In this document: positions 47,981 to 57,170 of the stretch, piece after piece | How positions within the stretch are numbered: position 1 is the stretch's first letter | Layout: each line of letters opens with the position of its first letter | From: Ostreococcus lucimarinus | Lineage: Eukaryota | Length of the DNA: 64,000 nt | Strand: one strand, 5' to 3' | NCBI GenBank assembly: GCA_000092065.1 | Contig: CP000585.1 | Position numbers and translations under genes: made by a program | The notes under the pieces: generated by a model | What the model was told of the DNA's origin: nothing | Databases searched by the model: none | What the model saw: only the letters and a program-made list of their open reading frames with translations

Positions 47981-49819
47981 CTACGATTTTTCGATCGTGT
48001 CGTCGACTTGTCGAAGCTTTTCGAGCGTCTTCGTGAGGTCGTCGATTTTGGATTTGAGCGCAGCGATGGCGTCGTCGCGGGACGCGGTCGACAGCGATGG
48101 TGGTGGTGAAGACGTGAGCTCGGCGCTCGGGGTGGGATCTATGCCGCCGACGTTCGCCGCTGCGGACGCGTTCGAAGCGTTGGGGGTGTTCGCTCCGACA
48201 AAATCTGGATCGATTGGTACGTCGCACGAGTGAATGCACGACTGTGATTCTTCCTGAGAGAAACCGATGATGTCCAGCTTACACATCGACGGACCGCAGC
48301 ACGGGGGTTGAATGACGTATTGAAAGTTTCCAAAACGTCCATCGCCTGGGAGCATGCCGGCGTACAATTTTTTCGCCGTGCGCTCGAATCCGAGGTCCAA
48401 CAAGTCGTGCACGCGCGCCTTGAATTTCGTGGCAAACTCGGGAGTAGCCATACCAAAGTACTCGTACACTTCTTCTTCTTCCATTGCGTCCACTTTTCGC
48501 AAGAATTCTTCAAACTGCTTTGGATACTTTTTACCGATCGACCCTCCGTCGACGTAGCATCGATAATCGAGCATCGCACCGAGAGTTGAAGGGGAGGGCC
48601 GCGCGGTATCACAGTTGTTCCGCAACGAACAGACCGTATGTATGAAGCCAACCCGGTAGGTTTCGAACTTTTGGCCTCCAGGAATAAGCATCGAATTCAA
48701 TTGGTTACGCATCGAGCTCTCGTTATCGATGCCGTGAATTAGACCATCCTCCGTGATGAATATGTTCTGACCGTGCCTATCGCCTTGTGAGGTCAGCAAA
48801 TCAAAAAGTGCCAATTTGAGTATCCTATCTGGGTCTATTTTGCGAAGTAACTCCAACAGCGTTGGCGTTATCCTTGGACCAAGAGATTCAAATCCGACGC
48901 CTGGCGCCGCGCCAAAGACCATGACGTCCATGTCTTGCTTCACACCCGACGACGTCTCCTTCCCCTCATCCCAGGGTGCGAAAGTTTTGGCCCGCATATA
49001 CTTAGCGCGTGGAATCACATCGCTCAACCCCGCTTCGTGTGATATCTTATCCAGGGCGCCCAGAAACGCTCCGTTACAAAACGTCCTCTTAGCCATGCCG
49101 CGCTCCGCTGAACAAAACGGCCCCTTCGTAAACGTCGGATGACTCGTCACCCTGTCGCTGCACGTTTCGCTCACCGTATCTTTCGTCCATATGAGTCGCT
49201 TGTAATCGCCTCTCACCCCACACCACGCCTTGACGAACACATCGAGCACCTCACCGTTCTCGCCGTCGCCGCCGCCGCTGAAGAAATCGCCATCCATGAT
49301 TTTCCCTTTCCACACCGGCGCGCCGCTCGCGCCGTGCGGTACGTCGACCGCGTCATCCCTAAACGTCGCCCGTTGTTCCATGCGCCCGATCAACACGTTA
49401 CATCCGTAACACGTCTTACAGTGCACTTTCCGCTTCGTCTTCTTCGTCGGCGCGTTCAACGCCACGCCGTCTGGCGCGTCGCCGAGCGCGCACGCCTCGC
49501 ACGTATCGCACGCGTCGTACGTCCCGACGAATCCGCCTTCGTCCTCGTCCTCGCCGTCGTCGTCCGAGCGAAATCCCGGTTCTTCCTCGTCGTCCTCCTC
49601 GCCGTCATCGTCGCCTTCGCGCGCCGCCTCGACGTCCCCGCGCGCCGCCGCCGCCTCGCGCGCCTCGCGCAGGCGCGCGCGCGCGCGCTCGACGTTCGAC
49701 GACGCGCTCGCGTCGACAACGCGCGCGCGCGCGACGACGAGCGCGCACGCGCACGCCGCGGCGAGCGCGACGACGCACCATCGCCGCGCGCGGCGTGCGC
49801 GGCGCGGGCGCGACGGCAT
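47981..49819 (-). CDS. Predicted type II membrane protein with a PI3/PI4-kinase-like catalytic motif (atypical kinase-like protein)
   Basis: The start is at MPSRPRRARRARRWCVVALAAACACALVVA, a signal anchor. An acidic/Cys-rich region follows (CDTCEACALG...CKTCYGC). A C-terminal domain carries ...LTSQGDRHGQNIFITEDGLIHGIDNESS..., resembling the GDRHxxN catalytic loop and hIDFG activation segment of PI3K/PI4K-family kinases. The family assignment is tentative. Confidence 0.45.
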   Translation of the reverse strand: MPSRPRRARRARRWCVVALAAACACALVVARARVVDASASSNVERARARLREAREAAAARGDVEAAREGDDDGEEDDEEEPGFRSDDDGEDEDEGGFVGTYDACDTCEACALGDAPDGVALNAPTKKTKRKVHCKTCYGCNVLIGRMEQRATFRDDAVDVPHGASGAPVWKGKIMDGDFFSGGGDGENGEVLDVFVKAWCGVRGDYKRLIWTKDTVSETCSDRVTSHPTFTKGPFCSAERGMAKRTFCNGAFLGALDKISHEAGLSDVIPRAKYMRAKTFAPWDEGKETSSGVKQDMDVMVFGAAPGVGFESLGPRITPTLLELLRKIDPDRILKLALFDLLTSQGDRHGQNIFITEDGLIHGIDNESSMRNQLNSMLIPGGQKFETYRVGFIHTVCSLRNNCDTARPSPSTLGAMLDYRCYVDGGSIGKKYPKQFEEFLRKVDAMEEEEVYEYFGMATPEFATKFKARVHDLLDLGFERTAKKLYAGMLPGDGRFGNFQYVIQPPCCGPSMCKLDIIGFSQEESQSCIHSCDVPIDPDFVGANTPNASNASAAANVGGIDPTPSAELTSSPPPSLSTASRDDAIAALKSKIDDLTKTLEKLRQVDDTIEKS

Positions 49820-49878
49820 CGCGCGCGCGACGGCGCGATGTGATGGTTCGGTTCGGTTGGTTGCGCGCTTGCAGAGCT

Positions 49879-51873
49879 CTAGCGCGAATCTACGGCGACG
49901 CGACTTTCGGCTAGCAGCTCGCGCAGGGCTCGGTTTAAGACGACGATGAGCTCGGTGAAATCCGGTCGAGCGTCGGGGGCGGTTTGCCAAGCGGGCACGA
50001 TGACGTCGTCGACCAACGCGCGGACGACGACGTCGTCGCGCGCGAACGGCGGCGCGTCCAGCGGTAGACGCTGCGATTGGATGGCGACGGCGAAGATGAT
50101 TTGCATGTGGTTCGCGAACCACTCCCAGGGGATCGACCGCGCGAGTGATTCCCACAGAAGGACGGAGAAGGAGAAGACGTCGCATTTGGTCGTCACCGCG
50201 TCGGCGTCGCCGTGAAAAAGCTCTGGAGCCATGTACGCGGGCGTTCCGGCGGTTCCGGCGGACGCGCCGCCGGCGCTCGTCGCCGAACCGCCGGCGCTGA
50301 GCAACGTCCGCTCAAGCGCGCGCGCGATGCCGAAATCCGCAACTTTGGCGCCACGGCCGTTGAGAAGCACGTTGTGCGATTTCAAGTCTCGGTGAACGAT
50401 GCATCTGGAGTGCAAATACGCCATCGCCTGCGCTACGTCGAGCGCTATCCTCACGACGTCGTCTAGACTCACGTCGTACTGCTTGTCTTGGTGAAGAAGC
50501 GCGTGCAAGCTTCCTCCGTCCATCATTTCCTCGACTATACAAAGATGCGGCAGCTTGAGACACGCTCCAAACATGCGCACGATTTTTGGATGTCGCACCG
50601 CGCTCAACACGGCGACTTCTCTCACGAACGTCTTCAAATCGCTCTTTCCAGCACCGGGTGGGACACCGTGTAACTTTTTCACCGCGACGACGCGTTTGTT
50701 CCACTTTCCCACGTACACCGCACCGTAAGCGCCCTGACCAATTAGTCTTCCGAGTTTGATGTTGCTGAGATGAATTTCAACGACGTCGTCGTCGTCGTCG
50801 GAAACCGTATTCGCATCCTTTGCGCTCTCCGCGTACGTCGCGAGCGACGCTTCGAATAAATCACCGTTGGTAGTTTTCTTTGCGCCTCGACGCGATGGAT
50901 GTGAGCCAGTGTTTATACGAGCCGTATCATCACCAGCGCGAGCGACCACGCCCTCCAAATCGTAATCTTTTGTTCTGAAGCATTGACCCGGTAACATGAG
51001 TGTATTTTTACGCTTCGCCGGCGCGATGATTTCATCGACGTCGACGTTTGCGAGCGGCACATCGTCGTCTTTACCAAACATGCACGATATCAACTGACGG
51101 ATAATTTCAATCATGAATACTAAGACGACCAGACAAGCGACGAGAAGCGCGCTCATCGTGCTTCCGTTTCTTAACCACGCCGTGCCGCCCGCCGCCGCTT
51201 GTGCGATGACGCCACCCTGCGCGACGACTGTTGGTCCACCCTGCGCGACGACTGTCGGTGGTTTTGGCGGCGCCGGTGGCGCTGGTGGAGGAAACGGTGG
51301 AGGCGATGGGACTACTCGTCCACAGCAGAACTGGTACTCTCTCCGAGCACACGTTCCGTCATCGATGAAGCTCACGGCGGAGTTCTCCATAAAGACCGGC
51401 GAGTTGCACCAGACACCGTTCACGGCGACTCGAAGGATGTTCGAGGGAATGTCGCCATTTGTGACGTAGCCAGTGAATGAAAATTGTCTTCGAGGGATGC
51501 CAAGTTGATTTACGACGCGTGCTGGCTGCCCTGAAGGCCCGCCTGGATTGATGAGCAACGCGTCCTCGACTCTGCCTTCGTGCACGCCCTGCCCGTTCGG
51601 AAAGATCCAAGCGACTTGCCAGCTCGCCAGTGCCTCTGGATGAACACTCGTCATTGTAAACGTACCGGTGAATAGATTTAAATCATCGTCGTCGCTCTCT
51701 GCCGAGAGCTCCGTGGCGTACGCGACATCTATGCTGCACCTCGCGCAAGGTCGCGTCGAGTCGTCGCACTCGCGACAAGTTTGCGCCAAGCTGCTCCGTA
51801 TAGGCAAGACGAGCGCGCCGAGGGCGCCTACAATTATCCGTACCGAGACATAACCCCGATGACATTTCTTCAT
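49879..51873 (-). CDS. Receptor-like protein kinase: signal peptide, extracellular Pro-rich domain, one transmembrane helix, intracellular Ser/Thr/Tyr kinase domain
   Basis: The start is at MKKCHRGYVSVRIIVGALGALVLP (signal peptide). A PSPPPFPPPAPPAPPKPP segment follows, then a TM helix (LLVACLVVLVFMIEII). The kinase has the expected subdomains: IGQGAYGAVYVGKW...VAVKKL (ATP-binding Lys), HRDLKSHNVLL (catalytic loop), KVADFGIAR (DFG), TPAYMAPE, and DVFSFSVLLWE. Confidence 0.75.
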   Translation of the reverse strand: MKKCHRGYVSVRIIVGALGALVLPIRSSLAQTCRECDDSTRPCARCSIDVAYATELSAESDDDDLNLFTGTFTMTSVHPEALASWQVAWIFPNGQGVHEGRVEDALLINPGGPSGQPARVVNQLGIPRRQFSFTGYVTNGDIPSNILRVAVNGVWCNSPVFMENSAVSFIDDGTCARREYQFCCGRVVPSPPPFPPPAPPAPPKPPTVVAQGGPTVVAQGGVIAQAAAGGTAWLRNGSTMSALLVACLVVLVFMIEIIRQLISCMFGKDDDVPLANVDVDEIIAPAKRKNTLMLPGQCFRTKDYDLEGVVARAGDDTARINTGSHPSRRGAKKTTNGDLFEASLATYAESAKDANTVSDDDDDVVEIHLSNIKLGRLIGQGAYGAVYVGKWNKRVVAVKKLHGVPPGAGKSDLKTFVREVAVLSAVRHPKIVRMFGACLKLPHLCIVEEMMDGGSLHALLHQDKQYDVSLDDVVRIALDVAQAMAYLHSRCIVHRDLKSHNVLLNGRGAKVADFGIARALERTLLSAGGSATSAGGASAGTAGTPAYMAPELFHGDADAVTTKCDVFSFSVLLWESLARSIPWEWFANHMQIIFAVAIQSQRLPLDAPPFARDDVVVRALVDDVIVPAWQTAPDARPDFTELIVVLNRALRELLAESRVAVDSR

Positions 51874-51963
51874 CTGCGCGCGCGAGCATGTCACGACGAG
51901 ACCCGCTCGAGATGGCGAACCGTTACATTCGAGGCGACCTCGCCGACGCAAACGTCAGCCGCC

Positions 51964-52752
51964 TTAACTTTCTTCGATTCCATCGCCATCGTCTTCGCTC
52001 GCGCCGTCGCCTTCCCCGCTGAACGTCACCTTTTTACGAACACGTCGCACGCTCATCGCGCTCGCACCGAACGCGCCCAACGACGAATCGCCGCCGCTCC
52101 CCGTCATCGCCCACGGCGCGACGCCGTCGCCGCCGCGCATCGTCTGCGCCACCATCGACCGCACGCCGCTCGTCCTCGCCCCCGGTCCGCACTCTCCTCG
52201 ATCGAACCCACCTCCTATAATCCCTCCGCGTCCTCGTCCTGCCGCGAACACGTGCCCAGACCTCGGTCCCGCGCCCGTCCCCGCCGACGCCGGCGGCGGC
52301 GCCTTCATCGCGTACCGATCGCTCTCCCACGCCTCCTCGTCTCGACTCAGCCGCACCAACACCCGTCCCGACGCATCATCTTCCCTCACTTCGTGCACGC
52401 GCTGTTTTCGCGCGATCCCGACGTATTCACCGTTCAAATCTCTGTACACGCGTTCGCCCGTCGTCAGCGCGACGTGATACCGGTGCCACGGGCACACCGC
52501 GCACGCCCCTCGCCCCGGCACCTCCTCGATCTCCGCCCACAGCAGCGGTCCGCCCATGTGATAGCACGTCGCGTCGATCGCGTGCAAGCGCGCGCTCGGC
52601 GCCGGCGCGCGCACGAGCGCGAGGTGTCGTCCCGCGACGCACACCGCGCGCCGCGCGTTCGACCGGGACACCTCTTCGACGCCGCAGACGTCGTGCCAGC
52701 CGTCGTCGCGCGCCGTCGCGTCGCGCGTCGCGCGCGCGGCGTTCGCGCGCAT
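51964..52752 (-). CDS. Rieske [2Fe-2S] domain-containing protein
   Basis: There is a true ATG. The two Rieske boxes are CYHMGGPL (CxH) and CPWHRYH (CxxH), separated by 22 residues in a roughly 100-aa N-terminal domain. The C-terminal half is Gly/Arg-rich. Confidence 0.65.
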   Translation of the reverse strand: MRANAARATRDATARDDGWHDVCGVEEVSRSNARRAVCVAGRHLALVRAPAPSARLHAIDATCYHMGGPLLWAEIEEVPGRGACAVCPWHRYHVALTTGERVYRDLNGEYVGIARKQRVHEVREDDASGRVLVRLSRDEEAWESDRYAMKAPPPASAGTGAGPRSGHVFAAGRGRGGIIGGGFDRGECGPGARTSGVRSMVAQTMRGGDGVAPWAMTGSGGDSSLGAFGASAMSVRRVRKKVTFSGEGDGASEDDGDGIEES

Positions 52753-52852
52753 CGCGTCGTCCGCGCTCGAGCGCGCGCGACGCGATCGCGGCGCAGTGCC
52801 GCGCGCGAGAGAGAGAGTTCGTTAGCCGACGCGTCAGACGCGGACGCGCGGC

Positions 52853-53329
52853 ATGTTCGTCGTCGCGCGCGCGCGCGCGACGCCCGCGCGCGCTCGGACG
52901 CGCGCCGAGGCGAAGGCGCGCGCGTCGACGCGCGCGACGCGCGCGACGCGCGCGACGCCGCGCGCGAAGGCGACGTTTGGGTTTCGTCGACGAGAGTTCG
53001 TGAACGCGCTGACGACGTTCGGCGTGCTCGCGCTGTTCGACCGGTCCTCGGACGAGGACGAGGACGAGGAGGAGGAGGAGGAGGAGGAGGAGACGCTGGT
53101 GGACGAAGACGGGCGCGCGGTGTGGTACGACGAGGAGACGGAGGCGTATTATTACTACGAGGACGAAGACGGCGAGGCGTTCGCGGAGGAGGAGGAGGAG
53201 GAGGAGGAGGAGGAGGAAGAATACGTCGACGAGGAAGACGACGAGGCGTACGTCGGAGAAGACGAGGAGGCGCGCGAGGGTGAGGACGAGGCGTATCGCG
53301 ACGACGCGGAGGAGGAGGACGAAGGATGA
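52853..53329 (+). CDS. Hypothetical small protein: presequence-like N-terminus, one hydrophobic helix, and a highly acidic (Glu/Asp/Tyr) tail encoded by (GAG)n
   Basis: This 158-aa ORF has an Arg/Ala/Thr-rich N-terminus, a FVNALTTFGVLALF helix, and a tail DEDEDEEEEEEEEE...YYYYEDEDGE.... It lies divergently 100 bp from the Rieske gene start and convergently with the FHA gene, which fits the local gene packing. The low complexity keeps confidence modest. Confidence 0.35.
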   Translation: MFVVARARATPARARTRAEAKARASTRATRATRATPRAKATFGFRRREFVNALTTFGVLALFDRSSDEDEDEEEEEEEEETLVDEDGRAVWYDEETEAYYYYEDEDGEAFAEEEEEEEEEEEEYVDEEDDEAYVGEDEEAREGEDEAYRDDAEEEDEG

Positions 53330-53400
53330 ATTACGTTTCGTTTCCGGCGGACGCGACGCTCGACTAATACTACGAGCGCGCGCGCGCGCGCGGCGCGGTC

Positions 53401-54204
53401 TCAAGATTCCACGACGTCTTCACGCAGTAATACGTAATCTCTCGAGCTGTGAGCAAACTTGATGACGTCCTTGGACTTTAACCGCACGTACGCTTTGGCT
53501 TCGATCGCGCGCTTGTTCACGCGCGTCCCGTTCGCGCTTCCCAAATCGTACGCGTACGGTTCGCTCCCGCGCCCGTCGTCTAAATCTCGAAACTGAATCA
53601 CGCAGTGCTGCTTCGAACAGCTCGGGTGGTCGCTCGGAATATCCACCACCGCTCGATCGCGTCCAATCAGATAACTCGTCTTCGAACCGGACAACTTGTA
53701 CGGCGGCTCGCACTCGACGTCCCCCTTGAAGCAATACAACCGCCACGCCGCGCTCGGCGGTTTTGCCTCCCCCAGCGGCTCGCTATGTTTCAGCGCCACC
53801 CCTCGCACCGAGTTCGTCTCCGCGGCGAGCAATCCGCTCAGCGCAAAGTTCGCTTCCTCCTTCGGAACCTTCGGCGCGTCCTCCGCCGCCGCCGCGCCGA
53901 CGCCGCCGTACGTCCCTCCATCGCCCGGTCTCGCGAGCGCCGCCCGCGCGCCCGCGCCCGCGCGCGCGTCGTCGCGAGCGCCGTCTCGCGCGTCGCGATC
54001 GCGCGAGTCATCGCGTCGTCGCCGCGTCGTCCGCGCGTTCGAATCGTCGTCGTCCGCCTCCCGCGAGCGTTCGTCTCGACCTCGCGCGCGTCCCGCGACC
54101 GAGCACGACCCCGCGCGTCGCGCGCGATCGTCGTCGTCATCGTCGTCGCGCGTCGACCGCGCGCGCGCGGTGTCCAGGTCACCGTCGCGCGCGCGCGCCG
54201 TCAT
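53401..54204 (-). CDS. FHA domain-containing protein (SNIP1-like)
   Basis: The start is at MTARARDGD. The C-terminal FHA domain is YLIGRDRAVVDIPSDHPSCSKQHCVIQFRD...YAYDLGSANGTRVNKRAIEAKAYVRLKSKDVIKFAHSSRDYVLL (GR.....D......SR.HA...........D.GS.NGT.vN). The N-terminal half is an Arg/Asp-rich low-complexity region, as in SNIP1. Confidence 0.7.
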   Translation of the reverse strand: MTARARDGDLDTARARSTRDDDDDDDRARRAGSCSVAGRARGRDERSREADDDDSNARTTRRRRDDSRDRDARDGARDDARAGAGARAALARPGDGGTYGGVGAAAAEDAPKVPKEEANFALSGLLAAETNSVRGVALKHSEPLGEAKPPSAAWRLYCFKGDVECEPPYKLSGSKTSYLIGRDRAVVDIPSDHPSCSKQHCVIQFRDLDDGRGSEPYAYDLGSANGTRVNKRAIEAKAYVRLKSKDVIKFAHSSRDYVLLREDVVES

Positions 54205-54259
54205 GACGAAACGAATCCAATCTTCGGCGCCGCGGAGTGGCGCCACTCGCGCGCGCGCC

Positions 54260-54264
<5 letters not shown>

Positions 54265-54300
<36 letters not shown>
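54265..54300 (+). repeat. (ACG)12 trinucleotide microsatellite in the FHA/helicase divergent region
   Basis: Direct reading: cgacgacgacgacgacgacgacgacgacgacgacg, 54262-54300. Confidence 0.9.
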
Positions 54301-54302
<2 letters not shown>

Positions 54303-54322
54303 CATCGCTCGCGCGACCGCGC

Positions 54323-54392
54323 ATGCTCGCGCTCGCGCGTCGCGCGTGCGGCGCGACGCGACGAATGCGCGCGGCGGCGGCGGCGGCGCGAC

Positions 54393-54430
<38 letters not shown>

Positions 54431-55945
54431 CGAACGGCGACGCGCGGACGCGCGCGGACGTGGACGCGCGGCGCGGTGGCGTGGACGCGCGCGGACGCGG
54501 GCGCGAGCGCGACGACGGTCGGGACGCGGCGCGGGGAGGCGCGAGGGACGGCGCGAGGGACGGCGACGACGACGCGAGGGACGTTCGAGGACGCGGGATT
54601 GACGGACGAGAGCCTGCGACGGGCGCTGGAGAACATGAACATCGTGGAACCTACGGAGATACAGACGAAGGCGATCGATGTCATCGGTCGAGGGGCGGGG
54701 AACGCGTTCGTCGCGTCGCACACGGGGAGCGGGAAGACGTTGGCGTACTTGTTGCCGGTGATTCAACGCATGAAGGCGGCGGAGATCGCGGCGGGGGATC
54801 GGTTGGCGAAACCGAAGAGACCGAAAGTGGTCGTGGCGTGCCCGACGCGAGAGCTGGCGGAACAAGTCGCGGAGGTGGCGAAGGCGTTGAGTCACGTGGC
54901 GAAATTTAGTTCGTATTTAGTCGTCGGAGGTAGACGTTTAGGGACGCAAAAGGAGCGGTTAGACTCCGCGATCGATGTCGTGATCGGGACTCCGGGTCGA
55001 TTGATCAAGCACGTCGATCAGGGGAACTTATTCTTGGGGAGCGTGGACGCGATGGTGTTGGACGAGGCGGACACGCTCTTTGAAGCCGGATTTGGCGACG
55101 AGGTAAAGCGGTTGTTACGACCACTCAAGGCGCGTCCAGAGGGAAAGACGTGCGTCCTCGTCTCGGCCACCATGCCGGATCGACTAAAGAAGCTCGTGGA
55201 CGAGGAGCTTCCGGCTTTGCAGTACATTAAGACGGATTCATTGCATCGCTCCGCGCCAGGGCTCAAGCACCGCTTCGTCGACTGTCCGGGCGACGTGGAC
55301 AAGATGACGGTGCTCGAGCAAATCGTCGCGCCCGAGCACAAACAGGGGAAAAAGCTGATGATCTTTTGCAACACGCTTCCCTCGTGCATCGCGGTCGAGC
55401 GCACCATGTTCGAGGCAGATATTCGCACCGTGCAGTACCACGGCGACATGACGAGCGACGCTCGCGCCGACGCCATGCGCGAATTCATCGACGCCGACGC
55501 CGACGAAAACCTCACCATGGTGTGCACCGACCTCGCCGCTAGAGGTTTGGATTTTGGTCGCGTCAAGGTCGATCACGTGGTGAACTTTGACTTCCCCATG
55601 AACTCGCTCGACTACATTCACCGCTCCGGTCGCACCGCTCGCGCGGGCGCCGGCGGTAAAGTCACCAACCTCGTCGCCAAAAAGGACCGCGTTCTCGCGA
55701 GCGAGATCGACAACGCCGTCAAGCTCGGTCTGCCGATCGACAACGCCACGAGCTCACGCGCCGTGAGCGAAGCTCGCAAGAAAAAATCCATCGCCGACGC
55801 TCGCGACAGGCGCACCGGAGGCCGTTCTCGCGCCAAGCCGAGCACCGTGCGCGATTCCAAACCTTCCAACCGCGGTCGTCGCGGCGCCGCGCGGTTCACC
55901 ACGGACGACACTAAGACTAAGCCTTCCAACCGAGGTCGTCGCTGA
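54323..55945 (+). CDS. DEAD-box ATP-dependent RNA helicase, organelle-targeted
   Basis: The start is at MLALARRACG; an alternative upstream ATG lies at 54203. The Q motif is TFEDAGL...PTEIQ. The helicase motifs are I ASHTGSGKT, Ia PTRELA, II VLDEAD, III SAT, and VI HRSGRTARAG. The presequence contains a (Thr)12 run and a (Thr-Ala)n stretch. Confidence 0.85.
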
Positions 55946-56232
55946 CCTCCTTGTAACACGCGTCGCATCACATCGCACCGCTCCGTCCCGCGCCCGCGCG
56001 ACCCGGTGGCCGAGCGACCGGTGCCGTTGGTGGTCGTTATCCAACCCACCCGACCGTCGTCACTCGCGCGCGCGCCGCCTCTCGTCGGCGTCGTCCGTCG
56101 CGAAACGAGCGAAACCGTCACCGCGGCGAAGCGCCCGGTCGTTCGAAGCGGCGTCACGCGCGCGCGCGACGCCAAAGTCGCGAACGCGTCGTCGTTCGAG
56201 TTATCCAAACGCCTTCGTTCCATTCTCCGCGG

Positions 56233-57112
56233 ATGAAATTGCTCGTCGAGCCGGACGTGGCGGCGTTGAACGCGTTCCTGACGAACGTGAACGTCGGAGA
56301 CTACGTCGTGAGCGGACAGGTGGAGAGTTACAGCTGTGCGTGCGCGAAGCGAGGCGAGGCGAGGGGACGCGCGAGCGCGAGGGGGCGAACGGGACGACGC
56401 GACGGCGCGGGACGGGATGACTGACGATGGAAACGCGAATGGACGGTGATGTGATGCAGGTAAATTAGCGGGCACTGATAAGAAATTGTCGCGCTCGCTC
56501 GATGCGGAGGTGGTGACGGAGATTGTGTCGAGCTGCTCGCCGACGAACCTGAGCACGTCGCCGGTGGGGCCGTTGACGGATCAAAACAGTCGGAAGACGT
56601 TAATTTATCTTATACTGACTCTGAATCACATCTATCCGGATTACGACTTCAGTAGTTTGCGCGCGGAGCATTTCACCAAGGAAGGGACGCTGAGCGACGT
56701 GAAGACGGACATAGATACGTTGCTCATGGAGAGTAGTAAAGTTTGGGCGGCGCGGTACGGGAACGAGGAGCCTTTTCTCGAGGTTTTGTGGAAGACGATC
56801 GATGCCGCGATCGAAGTGTTTGATTGCGACGTGTATTCTTACAAAGCCGTGGCCGAGGGTGATCCGTTCACAGACGACGGTAATCTGTGGTCGTTCAATT
56901 ACTTCTTCTACAACAAAAAGCTGAAGAGAATTCTCTACTTCACGATGCACGCGACTTCAAAGACGATGTTAGACTTAGACTCCGACGACGAACTCGACTT
57001 GGACGAGTCGAATGACCAAACAGGCGGAACGGGGTACAATTCCTACGATGGATCGTACCGAGAATCATTCGGTAACGATGACTCGATGGTCTTTGACGAG
57101 ATGGACCTATGA
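56233..57112 (+). CDS. MAF1: Maf1 (repressor of RNA polymerase III transcription); two exons, join(56233..56335, 56460..57112), with a 124-nt GT-AG intron
   Basis: Exon 1 encodes MKLLVEPDVAALNAFLTNVNVGDYVVSGQVESYS-C. A GTGCGT donor lies at 56336. The acceptor ...gatgcag| is at 56457-59, and the split Cys codon (t|gt) restores the frame. The spliced product reads ...ESYSCKLAGTDKK..., aligning with human MAF1 ...ESYSCKMAGDDKH.... Exon 2 contains SRKTLIYLILTLNHIYPDYDFS and the Maf1 signature LWSFNYFFYNKKLKRILYF. Confidence 0.85.
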
Positions 57113-57170
57113 GAAAAATAGCGAGCCGTGGTTTCTTGTATTACAGTACAACGTGTAACAACTCTACAAC

